Shown: positions 19,016 to 28,715, counted from the stretch's first letter. The stretch is 52,735 nucleotides of DNA from Bacteriovoracaceae bacterium (GCA_018649885.1 JABIHA010000138.1:62001-114735), one strand, 5' to 3'. The notes: generated by a model from the sequence alone, not told the origin. Numbers and translations are program-made.

Positions 19016-20650
19016 ATGATCAAATTGAAATTGATTAGAAATAATCGCGGCATGAGTCTGGTTGAAGTGATGATGGCAATTGGAATCATGTCGGTCGCAG
19101 GTCTTGGTTATATGAAAATGAATGAAAATCAATCTAAGAGTCTAAAACGACACGCAGGTATGACAGATGCCAATAGTTTTAAAATGCTAATTGAAGGTTC
19201 ACTAATTAAGTCAGAAAAATGTGAAGCCGCCTTTGCCGCCATTTTAGAAAATGGTGGAGCTGAGGTCGATCTTTCAAGTAGTTTTGATGAAACGCTTACT
19301 TCTGAGCAGGTTGGAACCTTTACTATGGGAACAAGTACTGAAATGGCCGTAGATCAAAGCTATGGGAAGCTTAAGATTTCCGGCTACAATTTGGAACTTA
19401 AATACACTGAGGGGAATTCTTATGCAGAATCTACCTTTACTGTGGATACTACCCTTGCCTTGTCCCCCACACAGACCATGCCTAAAAGAGTTAAGGTGAA
19501 TGTTTCCTTTGATGTTGCAGGTGGAAAACTAGTCAGTTGTTCGGCGCTTGGGGGAAGTGGAAATGAGGCCTGTGACGTTCTTGATGGGCAATTAAATGCC
19601 TCCAATGGAAACTGTGAAGATATCAATTTGTATGGAGAAGTGACCAACAATGGGACCATTAGAGGTGGTCAGATTAAAGGAATCTCGTTTGAAGGGGGAG
19701 ATGTTGTTACATCCCCGACAGAGGAATTGGCAGATTCTTATCGCCAACCGTGTGATGGATCGGGCTATCAAGTATCTGAATGCCCTGTTACTGAATATGA
19801 AAATCCGACTTACTTTAAAGGCTACTTTAAAAGTGATACGACTAACCCTGCTGTCCTTGATGATTTTACTTTTTTGTCTCCAACTTTTAAGTCAACAAGA
19901 GCTTTTAGTGAATATGTGAAAAATCCAGATGAGGATGGATGGGCAGATGCTGCAACTCATACTCTCAATGGAATAATCGTTCGCGATTACGATGGTAGAG
20001 AGTATGAAGTTGTCTATAAATGCCTGACAATTTCAGGTACAAAATTCTGCTTTCTTACACTTGATCCTCTTCCATGGATTGAAATAGCAGAAGCACCTAG
20101 TTTTACAACTCCTACATCAGCACCTTCAGTTCCAGAATGCTTTTTGGCAGGGACAGATATTTTGGTGGGGGACAAAATGTACAAGAATATTGAAGATATT
20201 ATCGTCGGAGACACAGTCCTTTCCTTCGATGGAAAGAAAGTAGTGCAGTCAAAGGTATCAAAAATTATGACTTCAGTGAGGACCGATGGGTATCTTCAAA
20301 TAACTCTCAGCAATGAAAAAGTAATAAGAGTTACTGATGATCACCCATTTTACGTTAGTGGAAAGTACATTCCAGCGGGTAAGTTAACCACAAAGTCAAA
20401 GCTCTCTATGATTGGTGAGAAGGATGCCTTTGTACCACTTGAAATCACTAGTATTAAAAGGGTGAAAAAAGTTTCTAAAGTTTACAATATGACTGTTGAT
20501 GGGAATCACAACTATTTTGCTGAAGGGGTTCTAGTTCACAACAAATCAGTATCCTCACCACCTTCCTCACCCTCATCACCTTCAGCACCAGATCCAGAGG
20601 ATTTACCTGACACTGACCCTGCTGAAATATTACCATCAGGTCTAGATTAA
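19016..20650 (+). CDS. Type IV prepilin-like protein with a C-terminal Hint (intein-like) domain
   Basis: RNNRG/MSLVEVMMAIGI class III signal with E+5; Hint domain Cys375-Asn509; Pro/Ser/Asp-rich 35-aa tail. Confidence 0.88.
   Translation: MIKLKLIRNNRGMSLVEVMMAIGIMSVAGLGYMKMNENQSKSLKRHAGMTDANSFKMLIEGSLIKSEKCEAAFAAILENGGAEVDLSSSFDETLTSEQVGTFTMGTSTEMAVDQSYGKLKISGYNLELKYTEGNSYAESTFTVDTTLALSPTQTMPKRVKVNVSFDVAGGKLVSCSALGGSGNEACDVLDGQLNASNGNCEDINLYGEVTNNGTIRGGQIKGISFEGGDVVTSPTEELADSYRQPCDGSGYQVSECPVTEYENPTYFKGYFKSDTTNPAVLDDFTFLSPTFKSTRAFSEYVKNPDEDGWADAATHTLNGIIVRDYDGREYEVVYKCLTISGTKFCFLTLDPLPWIEIAEAPSFTTPTSAPSVPECFLAGTDILVGDKMYKNIEDIIVGDTVLSFDGKKVVQSKVSKIMTSVRTDGYLQITLSNEKVIRVTDDHPFYVSGKYIPAGKLTTKSKLSMIGEKDAFVPLEITSIKRVKKVSKVYNMTVDGNHNYFAEGVLVHNKSVSSPPSSPSSPSAPDPEDLPDTDPAEILPSGLD
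20138..20542 (+). other. Hint / bacterial intein-like domain, 135 aa, no endonuclease
   Basis: Block A CFLAGT, block B VTDDHPF (TxxH), block F VYNMTVDGNHNYF, block G LVHN; +1 residue is Lys. Confidence 0.88.
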
Positions 20651-20684
20651 GAGGGCAACACTAGGGTGGCCCTCATCATTTTAA

Positions 20685-21380
20685 TTAGTCAACATTAACT
20701 GTGGCCTGTAGAGTGCCATCAATAATTACTTTGTAAGTGCCTGCTCCCAAAAGTTGTCCTTTTGCGAGAGTTACAGAACCACTATGTGGTCCAAAGGCCA
20801 TGAGACATGGTGAAGTGAAATCTCTTTGAGTTGTTTGAAGAGAGATCTCTCCACTGTAATCATATTTTTTGGTCAATCTGTTGTATACTCTTGTGCCTTT
20901 CACAGTGTAACTGCCAAGTGGAATATGGCACATAGAGCTTTTGATTTCTTTTGTAGAGAAATGAATTTGAACCAATTTTTTATCGGTGCTTGTAGCTCTT
21001 ACATTGTAAAGAGAGACAGGCTCATCGCCTATTTCAGGGAGATTAAGAGTAGTATCACTATCAAATAGTATACGGTATGCCTTATTACCTAGGCCTAAGT
21101 CACTTCTTTTAAATTTTACAGTTTTGTGTACAAGGGCCCGGCATCTGTCATCGTCAGTGTGGTCAATAAGTGTGGCATCGACCATTGTAGGGTAGATCTC
21201 AAGTGGAGAGACAACAAGTTTGAGTTCAAATTTGTGCTCCTTGCAACCACCACCGTAAACAACATCGAGGGACAATTCATTAGACTCATTTAAATACTCT
21301 GCTTTTTGAACATCCACTGTGTGGGAAGCAAAGAGGTGTGCACTTGTAAGTGTCATCATTAATACCAATAGCTTTTTCAT
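20685..21380 (-). CDS. Secreted hypothetical protein
   Basis: AAGGAG RBS, signal peptide MKKLLVLMMTLTSAHLFA, YGGGCKEH...DDRCRA disulfide-like motif. Confidence 0.8.
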   Translation of the reverse strand: MKKLLVLMMTLTSAHLFASHTVDVQKAEYLNESNELSLDVVYGGGCKEHKFELKLVVSPLEIYPTMVDATLIDHTDDDRCRALVHKTVKFKRSDLGLGNKAYRILFDSDTTLNLPEIGDEPVSLYNVRATSTDKKLVQIHFSTKEIKSSMCHIPLGSYTVKGTRVYNRLTKKYDYSGEISLQTTQRDFTSPCLMAFGPHSGSVTLAKGQLLGAGTYKVIIDGTLQATVNVD

Positions 21381-21608
21381 TTTTTTCTCCTTATATAAAT
21401 TACTTAAATAAATTTTGTAGCTGGCGCTCACAGTGGTTTTAGGCCTAGGTTAATATTTTGTAAAATGATAAAAACCGATGATGAGTGATCAATTTAGCTA
21501 ATGATGTCGCGTTGCACGTGATCTTTCATTTAATTCCATGCCATTTACTTTTTAAGGGTTTAGGCGATAATTGTAGGAGTCAAAACAGCAATTAAATAAG
21601 GAGTAAAA

Positions 21609-23264
21609 ATGAACCATCGCTTCCAAATGAAATGGTGGGGATGGGGAGAGGATAAAATCAAATTTGAGCTAGACTCAAAGCCTGGAATTCTTCCCTATGT
21701 TAAAAAAAAGTTTGATATTGGTCAGCTAAAAAAAGCAGTTGCACCTGACCTAGATCAAATTCCTATTACTCCCTCTCAGCTTCCCCAAGGCATAGTCGAT
21801 TCTTTCACCAAAATTTTGGGAGAGAAAAATATATCTTGTGAAAAAGAAGATATTATTTTGCACTCTCTAGGAAAAAGCTACTTTGATTTAATAAGATTAA
21901 GGTTAAAGACCCCCCTTCTTACACCTGATTTGGTTTTATATCCTGATACCGAGGAGCAAATCAGCTCTATTTATCAGATATGTGAAAAAGAAAAGATCGC
22001 CATTGTTCCTTTTGGTGGGGGAACGAGCGTTTCAAGTGGTGTTGAAGCACTCAAAGGAAGTAATGATTTTGTGATTTCTCTAGACCTCCGAAATTTTAAA
22101 CAGATAACCAAAATTGACCGTGTCTCAAATCAGGCCCACGTTGAAGGTGGGATATTTGGCCCAGAGCTCGAAGAAGAACTCATGAAAGAAGGTTATACTT
22201 TAGGTCACTTCCCGCAGTCTTTTGAATTTTCAACACTGGGTGGTTGGATTGCCACCAGAAGCAGTGGGCAAAATTCTATTATCTACGGCGGTATTGAGAA
22301 GATGGTAACTTCTCTTAGAATGATTTCTCCCAGTGGAGTTATTGAAACTCTCAATACACCGAGAATGGCAGCTGGCCCTGACTTCAAAGAAATGCTGACT
22401 GGATCAGAGGGCAGATTTGGAATTATTATTTCCGCTGTTATCAAAATTACTCCTGCCCCACAGGAAAAAAAATATCGAATGTACTTTTTTAGAAGCTTTA
22501 AAGAAGCACAGGAGACGTCGAGAAAAATTGTTCAATTGGGTTATAGGCCTGCCATGATAAGAGTTTCAGATGAAGAGGAAACTGAGGGGATGATGGCCAT
22601 GGGAAAGAGTGACCCCAATTTTATCACTCAAACCATTTCGAATTTAGTAAAAAAACACATGGTGTCCAAGGGCTATAATCTTGAAAGTGTTGCCTCTGTG
22701 ATGATTGGATATGAAGGCAGTCCCAGCGAAAATCGAGAACTTCATAAAAAAGTAAACCATATTTTTAAACAAAACTGTGCAATAGGAATGGGGACTGGCC
22801 CTGGAAAAAAATGGCTCAAGGATCGTTTCTTCCTTCCCTATTTGCGAGATGAGTTTATGGAAAATGACCTTCTTGTGGACACTCTTGAAACTGCAACGAC
22901 TTGGGAGAATCATTTGGTTCTCTATGATGAGGTCAAAAAGGCCATTGGAAATGCTCTTAGCAAGTATGATAAGAGATACGCAATATATACTCATATTTCT
23001 CATATGTATCATGATGGGGCTTCTCTTTATTTTTCTATTATAGCTCCTCAGCATACTGAAGATCCCATTTTACAATGGAAAGAAATGAAAGCGGCGGCAA
23101 ATGCTGCGATCAAAAAATGTGGAGGAAGTTGTTCACACCACCACGGTGTTGGGGTCGATCATATTCCTGCCCATCATTTTAGTGATGAAGAAAAAGAAGT
23201 TATGGGAAAATTGTACAATCACTTTGATCCAGGAGGGATATTAAATCCTGGGAAATTGATATGA
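21609..23264 (+). CDS. agpS: Alkyl-dihydroxyacetonephosphate synthase-like FAD-linked oxidoreductase
   Basis: KWWGWG, VPFGGGTSV, GHFPQSFEFSTLGGWIATRSSGQ, HISHMY, SHHHGVG, LNPGKL. Confidence 0.88.
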   Translation: MNHRFQMKWWGWGEDKIKFELDSKPGILPYVKKKFDIGQLKKAVAPDLDQIPITPSQLPQGIVDSFTKILGEKNISCEKEDIILHSLGKSYFDLIRLRLKTPLLTPDLVLYPDTEEQISSIYQICEKEKIAIVPFGGGTSVSSGVEALKGSNDFVISLDLRNFKQITKIDRVSNQAHVEGGIFGPELEEELMKEGYTLGHFPQSFEFSTLGGWIATRSSGQNSIIYGGIEKMVTSLRMISPSGVIETLNTPRMAAGPDFKEMLTGSEGRFGIIISAVIKITPAPQEKKYRMYFFRSFKEAQETSRKIVQLGYRPAMIRVSDEEETEGMMAMGKSDPNFITQTISNLVKKHMVSKGYNLESVASVMIGYEGSPSENRELHKKVNHIFKQNCAIGMGTGPGKKWLKDRFFLPYLRDEFMENDLLVDTLETATTWENHLVLYDEVKKAIGNALSKYDKRYAIYTHISHMYHDGASLYFSIIAPQHTEDPILQWKEMKAAANAAIKKCGGSCSHHHGVGVDHIPAHHFSDEEKEVMGKLYNHFDPGGILNPGKLI

Positions 23265-24868
23265 ATCAATTTGAGAAACGAAAACAGAAATTGAATGAGC
23301 TTTGTGAAAAAGTCTTCGATGTAATTGTTGTTGGAGGAGGGATCACTGGAGCTGGGATTGTCAGAGATGCTACTTTTAGGGGTCTTGATACTCTTATATT
23401 AGACAAGGGAGATTTTGCTTCCGGAACCAGTTCGAAATCAGGCAAGCTTGTTCACGGGGGCCTTCGTTATCTTAAAAGTTTTCAAATAAGCTTAGTATTT
23501 GAGTCCTGCCTAGAGAGATTCCGCTTAATGAAAATAGTGGCCCCTCACCTAGTAAAACCTACGATGTTTATGCTTCCTTTTTACAAGGATAGCAAAACTC
23601 CTCGCTGGCTTGTGGCCATTGGACTTTTCTTATACGATCTTCTGTCTTTGTTTCGAAATATTTCTACTTTTAAATTTGAAAGCATTGAAACTCTAAAAGA
23701 AAATTATCCAGGATTAAAAACCGAGGGTTTAATTGGTGGGTTATCTTATTATGATTGCAAAGTGCTAGATTATAGACTGACAGTCGAAACTATTAAGTCG
23801 GCCAGTCTTGCTGGCGCCCATGCTTTGAATTACCTTGAGGTTGTGGGGATTGATTTTTCTGAAACTCCAATTAAAGTATCGGTTGTCGATAGGGTTGCAG
23901 GTGGGAGTTGGGTACTTAAATGTAGCAGTGTGATAAATGCTTCGGGAGCATGGGCCGATAAGGTCATTGAACTCGGCGCTCTCGGCGCAAAAGAAAAATT
24001 TAATTTGGGTTTAACAAGTGGAATACATATTTTTGTATCAAAGTTAAAATTTCCTATTAAAAAAACAATATCGGTAGAGGCCATCCAGGACAAGAGGCCA
24101 CTTTACGCTGTCCCTTGGGGAGAGTATGTGCTGATTGGAACCACTGATAAGTATTATAAGGAAGACTTAGGTCATCAAAAAATTAATCGTGCTGATGTCA
24201 CCTATCTGCTCGATAACTTAAAGCACTATTTTCCAGGAAGGCCTATAACAAAAGAGGACATTGTATTTATCTCATCTGGAGTCAGGCCCTTGATCGGAAG
24301 CTCAGACGGGCTCAGTGAATCTGAAGTCTCAAGGGACTTTGAAATAAGGTACTCCTCAGCCGGAATGCTTTCAGTGACAGGGGGGAAGTTAACCACCTAT
24401 CGCCATATGGCCAAGATGGTGGTCAATGAGTTAATTAGTAAAAAATTTAGTGATAAGCAGCAACTTGATCTTCCCACTCTTTCCCCACTGATCCCGAAAA
24501 ACACAGAAGATGAGAGTATTTCTGAAGATTCAAAAAAACTTTTTGACACTTATGGCAGTGAGGCCCGCTCCATATTGAAAATTTGGGAAAACGATTCGGC
24601 CAAAAAAGAGGAGATTTATCTTGGAGCTGAACTCAGCTTTGGTGAGCTCGATTATTTTCTCGACCATGAATTTGCTCAAAGTATTTCAGATATTTTCTTA
24701 CGTCGAAGTGAACTTGCTCAACTTGCACATCCGCTGGAAGACAATGAATGGGAAAAAATTGTGGAATATCTCTCAGCTTACTCAGGTCTCGGTAGTGAAT
24801 ATTGGCATCAGAGCGTGAAAGATTATCTTAGTGAAATTAATCAAAATATGGAGATTCTTCGGAACTAG
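23261..24868 (+). CDS. glpD: FAD-dependent glycerol-3-phosphate dehydrogenase/oxidase
   Basis: GGGITGAG, DFASGTSSKSGKLVHGGLRYL, GVRPL, GGKLTTYR. Confidence 0.93.
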   Translation: MNQFEKRKQKLNELCEKVFDVIVVGGGITGAGIVRDATFRGLDTLILDKGDFASGTSSKSGKLVHGGLRYLKSFQISLVFESCLERFRLMKIVAPHLVKPTMFMLPFYKDSKTPRWLVAIGLFLYDLLSLFRNISTFKFESIETLKENYPGLKTEGLIGGLSYYDCKVLDYRLTVETIKSASLAGAHALNYLEVVGIDFSETPIKVSVVDRVAGGSWVLKCSSVINASGAWADKVIELGALGAKEKFNLGLTSGIHIFVSKLKFPIKKTISVEAIQDKRPLYAVPWGEYVLIGTTDKYYKEDLGHQKINRADVTYLLDNLKHYFPGRPITKEDIVFISSGVRPLIGSSDGLSESEVSRDFEIRYSSAGMLSVTGGKLTTYRHMAKMVVNELISKKFSDKQQLDLPTLSPLIPKNTEDESISEDSKKLFDTYGSEARSILKIWENDSAKKEEIYLGAELSFGELDYFLDHEFAQSISDIFLRRSELAQLAHPLEDNEWEKIVEYLSAYSGLGSEYWHQSVKDYLSEINQNMEILRN

Positions 24869-24872
24869 TAAT

Positions 24873-25787
24873 ATGAAAAAAAGAAAATTTATTATCAACC
24901 CAGTATCGGGAAAGGGAATTAATCAAAGCACTATTGATGAGCTAAAGGCCTTCTTTGTCAAAAGAATAGGCGACTTTGATTATACCTTTAGTGATAACAC
25001 TGAAGATATTGTCACTCAAACAAGGCTTGCCTTGAAAATGGGCTATGAGCAAATTGTTGCCGTGGGAGGAGATGGAACTGTTCATCAGGTGGTAAATGGT
25101 TTTTTTGAAAATGGTAATCATATTAATGCTGAGGCGTCGCTTGCTGTCTCAAATCTTGGTACAGGATCGGATTATTTTAAGACTCTACAGGCAGGCAATC
25201 GTAAGTTGAGTTGGATGCAGATGATTATTGAAGACCGCATTCAAGAGGTTGATATTGGGTATGTGAATTTTGCCTCAAATAAGCTCCCCAACCACTTTTT
25301 CGTCAATATGGCAGGCATTGGAATTAGCTCAGATATCACATTAATTAAAAGTAGATACCCAGGATGGTTTCCTAAAAGTCTCAAATACATAGCACCCACT
25401 GTTCAAGCAATCATAGGTCATCAGCCTACCAAGGCAGTTGTTACGCTCGATGAACAAGAGATCGAGGTTAATTTAACAGCTCTTTTTGTCTGCAAAGGAA
25501 CCTATGCTGGGGGTGGGATGAAGTTTGGAGCAGGTGCAGATTTGAGAGACGGCTACTTTGATGTGACAGTCGTGGGGGATTTTAAAGTTGCTGAGCTTCT
25601 CTCCAGGTTAGACAGACTCTACTCAGGTGATGTCTCTAAAATCAAAGGTGTTCAAAAATTAAAGGCACAAAACATTAAGGTAACTTCACAGACGCCTATA
25701 GGGGTTGAGCTTGATGGAGAAAATTGTGGGAGTACAGATTTAAGTATAGAGCTCAAACCAAAATTTCTAAAAGTCTGCATCGCCTAG
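24873..25787 (+). CDS. Diacylglycerol kinase family lipid kinase (YegS/DgkB type)
   Basis: IINPVSG, VGGDGT, GTGSDY, ELDGE; start reassigned to ATG 24873. Confidence 0.92.
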   Translation: MKKRKFIINPVSGKGINQSTIDELKAFFVKRIGDFDYTFSDNTEDIVTQTRLALKMGYEQIVAVGGDGTVHQVVNGFFENGNHINAEASLAVSNLGTGSDYFKTLQAGNRKLSWMQMIIEDRIQEVDIGYVNFASNKLPNHFFVNMAGIGISSDITLIKSRYPGWFPKSLKYIAPTVQAIIGHQPTKAVVTLDEQEIEVNLTALFVCKGTYAGGGMKFGAGADLRDGYFDVTVVGDFKVAELLSRLDRLYSGDVSKIKGVQKLKAQNIKVTSQTPIGVELDGENCGSTDLSIELKPKFLKVCIA

Positions 25788-25858
25788 GTTGCGCTGCGGA
25801 CATTATCTCATATTTGATTTTTGCCTATAGAAATATATCAGTTTTCTGGAGTTAGCTT

Positions 25859-25896
25859 TGGAGATATGTTGTTCATGAGGCTAGAAAATCTTGTGG
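25859..25896 (+). repeat. Left copy of a diverged 38-bp inverted repeat (partner at 28738-28775)
   Basis: TGGAGATATGTTGTTCATGAGGCTAGAAAATCTTGTGG matches the reverse complement of 28738-28775 at 31/38 positions, ungapped. Confidence 0.6.
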
Positions 25897-26490
25897 GGCT
25901 TGTAAGAGTTGGAGAGCACCTTCATCAGGGTCGCCCAAAGCTTAAAATTTTAAGAACATAGTTTTTTATTGAAATTTCACTCACGCTCTTGTTGGTCTTA
26001 ATCATCGTGGTAAAATTTGTGGGATTTACCAGGTTTTGGGAGCGCCTTCTATCAAAGCGTGAAATTTAAAATGGTGGAGTAATGTATTGATGTTTCGCTC
26101 TAGCTGGGTTTAATTATTGTGGTAGTTGCTTTTGGCCCACCTTCGGCAGTAACGCTCAAAACCCTTTCCAGCACGAGGTTTCGAATTTTCAAAACTCCCG
26201 ACATAACTACCCTGCTAACATGTTAACGGTTAACAGTGCACTGTTCAGGTTACGGTTTTTGTGTGCTGGAATCGCTTCCTGGTAACGTCCACAATTTCTC
26301 TATAATTTTTTCAATTATGAGTAGATTCGAGATGTTCAAGTCACTCTTTACAATATGCTTAATTCCAGGGGGTTATGAACTGAAGTATGCTGATTTGTTA
26401 ACTAATGATGACAAATGAAACAACTAAAACCTATAGGGAATGCTGCATGACGTATATGCTAAATGGGCAAGTAATGGATTAGGAGTTGAT

Positions 26491-28398
26491 ATGAAAATGT
26501 TGTTATTACATTTGTTTGTATTGTTTGGCCCTTCACTTTTTGCAACGACAATTGATTCGTTTCAAGTTGATGAAAATGTTTTAACCAATGGGGAAAATAC
26601 GGCACTTGATATTTCTGAAGGTGTAACACTTCGAAAAAATATTGATAGAGGTGGAAATTTCAATTTTTTTATTAGTGCAAATTGGCAAAAATACAAATTA
26701 AAGTCGATATGGGATGAAGAAGACAAAAAGAGTCAGTTCATCACACGAACACTAAAATCAAATCAAGAGCAAAATAGATCTATTGCAAGTATAATGAAAG
26801 GTAGCGCATTACTTAGGGCGATACAGAAAGGCAAAATTCAAAAGATAAAATTTCTTCTCAGTGTTGGTGTAAACCCCGATGCTAAAGACTATTTCCGTAA
26901 TACTGCATTAATTTGGGCCGTAAAAAAGAGTGACACAGAAGCAGTAAAGCTTCTAATCAAGGCCCGTGCTGATCTTGATATTCAAAATAGAGATGGTGAA
27001 ACTGCATTAGCGTGGAGTGCAAAGACGGGTCATACTGAAATAACAAAGCTTCTAGTCAACGCTGGGGCCAAACTTAATATTAAAGACTTTAAAAGTGATA
27101 CTGCAGTGATTTGGGCCATAAGAAATGATCGTACAGAAGTAGCAAAATTTCTAATTAGTGCTGGCTCTGACCTTAATATGAGAGATAAAAAAGGTGAAAC
27201 TACATTATTTAGGGCCATCGAGGATGGTCATGTTGAAACAGTAAAACTTCTAATCAATGCTGGTGCCAACCTTGATATTCAAAATAAAGATTCTAAAACA
27301 GTATTGCTCAGAGCTACAAGAGAAGGCAATATAGAGCTAGTAAAGCTTCTAGTCAATGCTGGGGCTAACCTTGAAATTCCAGACTATGATCGTAATACGC
27401 CATTAATGTGGGCCACATCCAGAAATCAGATTGAATTAGCAAAACTTCTCATTGATGCTGGTGCTGACCTTGATGTTGTTCGTTGTAGAGATGGTGGGTA
27501 TATGAATAGAAGAGATACCTGTAGGGCAATGCTAATAACGGCCACATTCAGAAATCATGTTGAATTAGCAAAACTTCTCATCAATGCTGGGGCCAATCTT
27601 AATATTAAAGATGGAAATGGCAGTACTGCATTGATGCATGCTGGAGTGGAGAACTCTAGCGAAATAACAAAACTTCTCATCGATGCTGGAGCCAGTCTTA
27701 ATATTGAAGATGCATTTGGCAGTACTGCATTAATATATGCTACGAGGAATAACTCTAGTGAAGTAGCAAAACTTCTCATCGATCTTGGCGCTAATGTTAA
27801 TGCTAGAAATAAATATGGCGGGATTGCATTAATCCATGCGACGGAGAATAACTCTAGTGAAATAGTAAAACTTCTCATCGATGCTGGAGCTGATGTTAAT
27901 GCTAGAGATAAATATGGCAGGACTGCATTAATCCATGCTACGGAAAATAACTCTAGTGAAATAGTAAAACTTCTCATCGATGTTGGAGCTGACGTTAATG
28001 CTAGAGATAAATATGGCAGGACTGCATTAATCCATGCTGCGAGGGAGAACTCTAGTGAAATAACAAAACTTCTCATCGATGCTGGAGCCAATCTTAATAT
28101 TAAAAATGGAGATGACGGGACTGCATTGACTCGGGCAGCGGAATATGGCCGCGTTGAAATCGTTAAAATTCTAATCAGTGCTGGTGCTGACCTTGAAATA
28201 AAAGACCCAGATGTCGGTAAGACTGCTTTAATTACGGCTTCACGTAATGGCCATGTTGAAGTAGTAAAATCTCTCATCGATGCTGGTGCTGACATTAATA
28301 TTGAAGATGAAAGTGGCAGTACTGCATTATTTCTTGCCTCCAGAAAAGGTCATACTAGAATCATAAAACTTTTAACAGCTGCTTACAAAGCAAAATAA
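26491..28398 (+). CDS. Secreted ankyrin repeat protein (about 16 repeats)
   Basis: AGGAG RBS, signal peptide ending SLFA, repeated G-x-TAL-x-x-A...KLLIDAGA-x-x-N units. Confidence 0.93.
   Translation: MKMLLLHLFVLFGPSLFATTIDSFQVDENVLTNGENTALDISEGVTLRKNIDRGGNFNFFISANWQKYKLKSIWDEEDKKSQFITRTLKSNQEQNRSIASIMKGSALLRAIQKGKIQKIKFLLSVGVNPDAKDYFRNTALIWAVKKSDTEAVKLLIKARADLDIQNRDGETALAWSAKTGHTEITKLLVNAGAKLNIKDFKSDTAVIWAIRNDRTEVAKFLISAGSDLNMRDKKGETTLFRAIEDGHVETVKLLINAGANLDIQNKDSKTVLLRATREGNIELVKLLVNAGANLEIPDYDRNTPLMWATSRNQIELAKLLIDAGADLDVVRCRDGGYMNRRDTCRAMLITATFRNHVELAKLLINAGANLNIKDGNGSTALMHAGVENSSEITKLLIDAGASLNIEDAFGSTALIYATRNNSSEVAKLLIDLGANVNARNKYGGIALIHATENNSSEIVKLLIDAGADVNARDKYGRTALIHATENNSSEIVKLLIDVGADVNARDKYGRTALIHAARENSSEITKLLIDAGANLNIKNGDDGTALTRAAEYGRVEIVKILISAGADLEIKDPDVGKTALITASRNGHVEVVKSLIDAGADINIEDESGSTALFLASRKGHTRIIKLLTAAYKAK
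27625..28119 (+). repeat. Five 99-bp tandem DNA repeats within the ankyrin gene
   Basis: AACTCTAG recurs at 27652, 27751, 27850, 27949 and 28048; the central units are nearly identical. Confidence 0.9.
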
Positions 28399-28715
28399 AG
28401 GGTTAAAAGGTGGCATGTGAGTTTTATAAAATTAATCTTGGTATTGATAGTTGCCAACCTAAGTATTTCCCAGGGGTAGGAGTATTCGCAAGGTGTATGT
28501 CTAGAAAATATGGAAATTTTATCAAAAGTTAGTCAAATTTCTGGCATAAAATCTCTTGTCGCCGGAACAACCTCTTACGGGTGAAGGTAAAACTAGTATT
28601 ACCACTTCCCCACATCTAGAAAGAAAGGCCTACTTTCAATCAGAAATATAATTTTACTGCTTAAGATGGGTTTTAGGGAGAGGGGGACATCAATGCATTC
28701 CCCCTCCCACTGCTT

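Noticed and set aside
20138..20542. Canonical selfish intein or polymorphic toxin
   Set aside because: No homing endonuclease, +1 residue is Lys, the host is not a conserved housekeeping protein, the C-terminal tail is only 35 low-complexity residues, and no immunity gene follows
26236..26418. 60-aa ORF upstream of the ankyrin gene
   Set aside because: No RBS, starts inside the palindrome cluster, and has no recognisable features
27625..28119. CRISPR-like or non-coding repeat array, and the 246-aa antisense ORF 27555-28295
   Set aside because: The 99-bp period equals 33-aa ankyrin units in frame on the + strand; the antisense ORF is a shadow of the repeats
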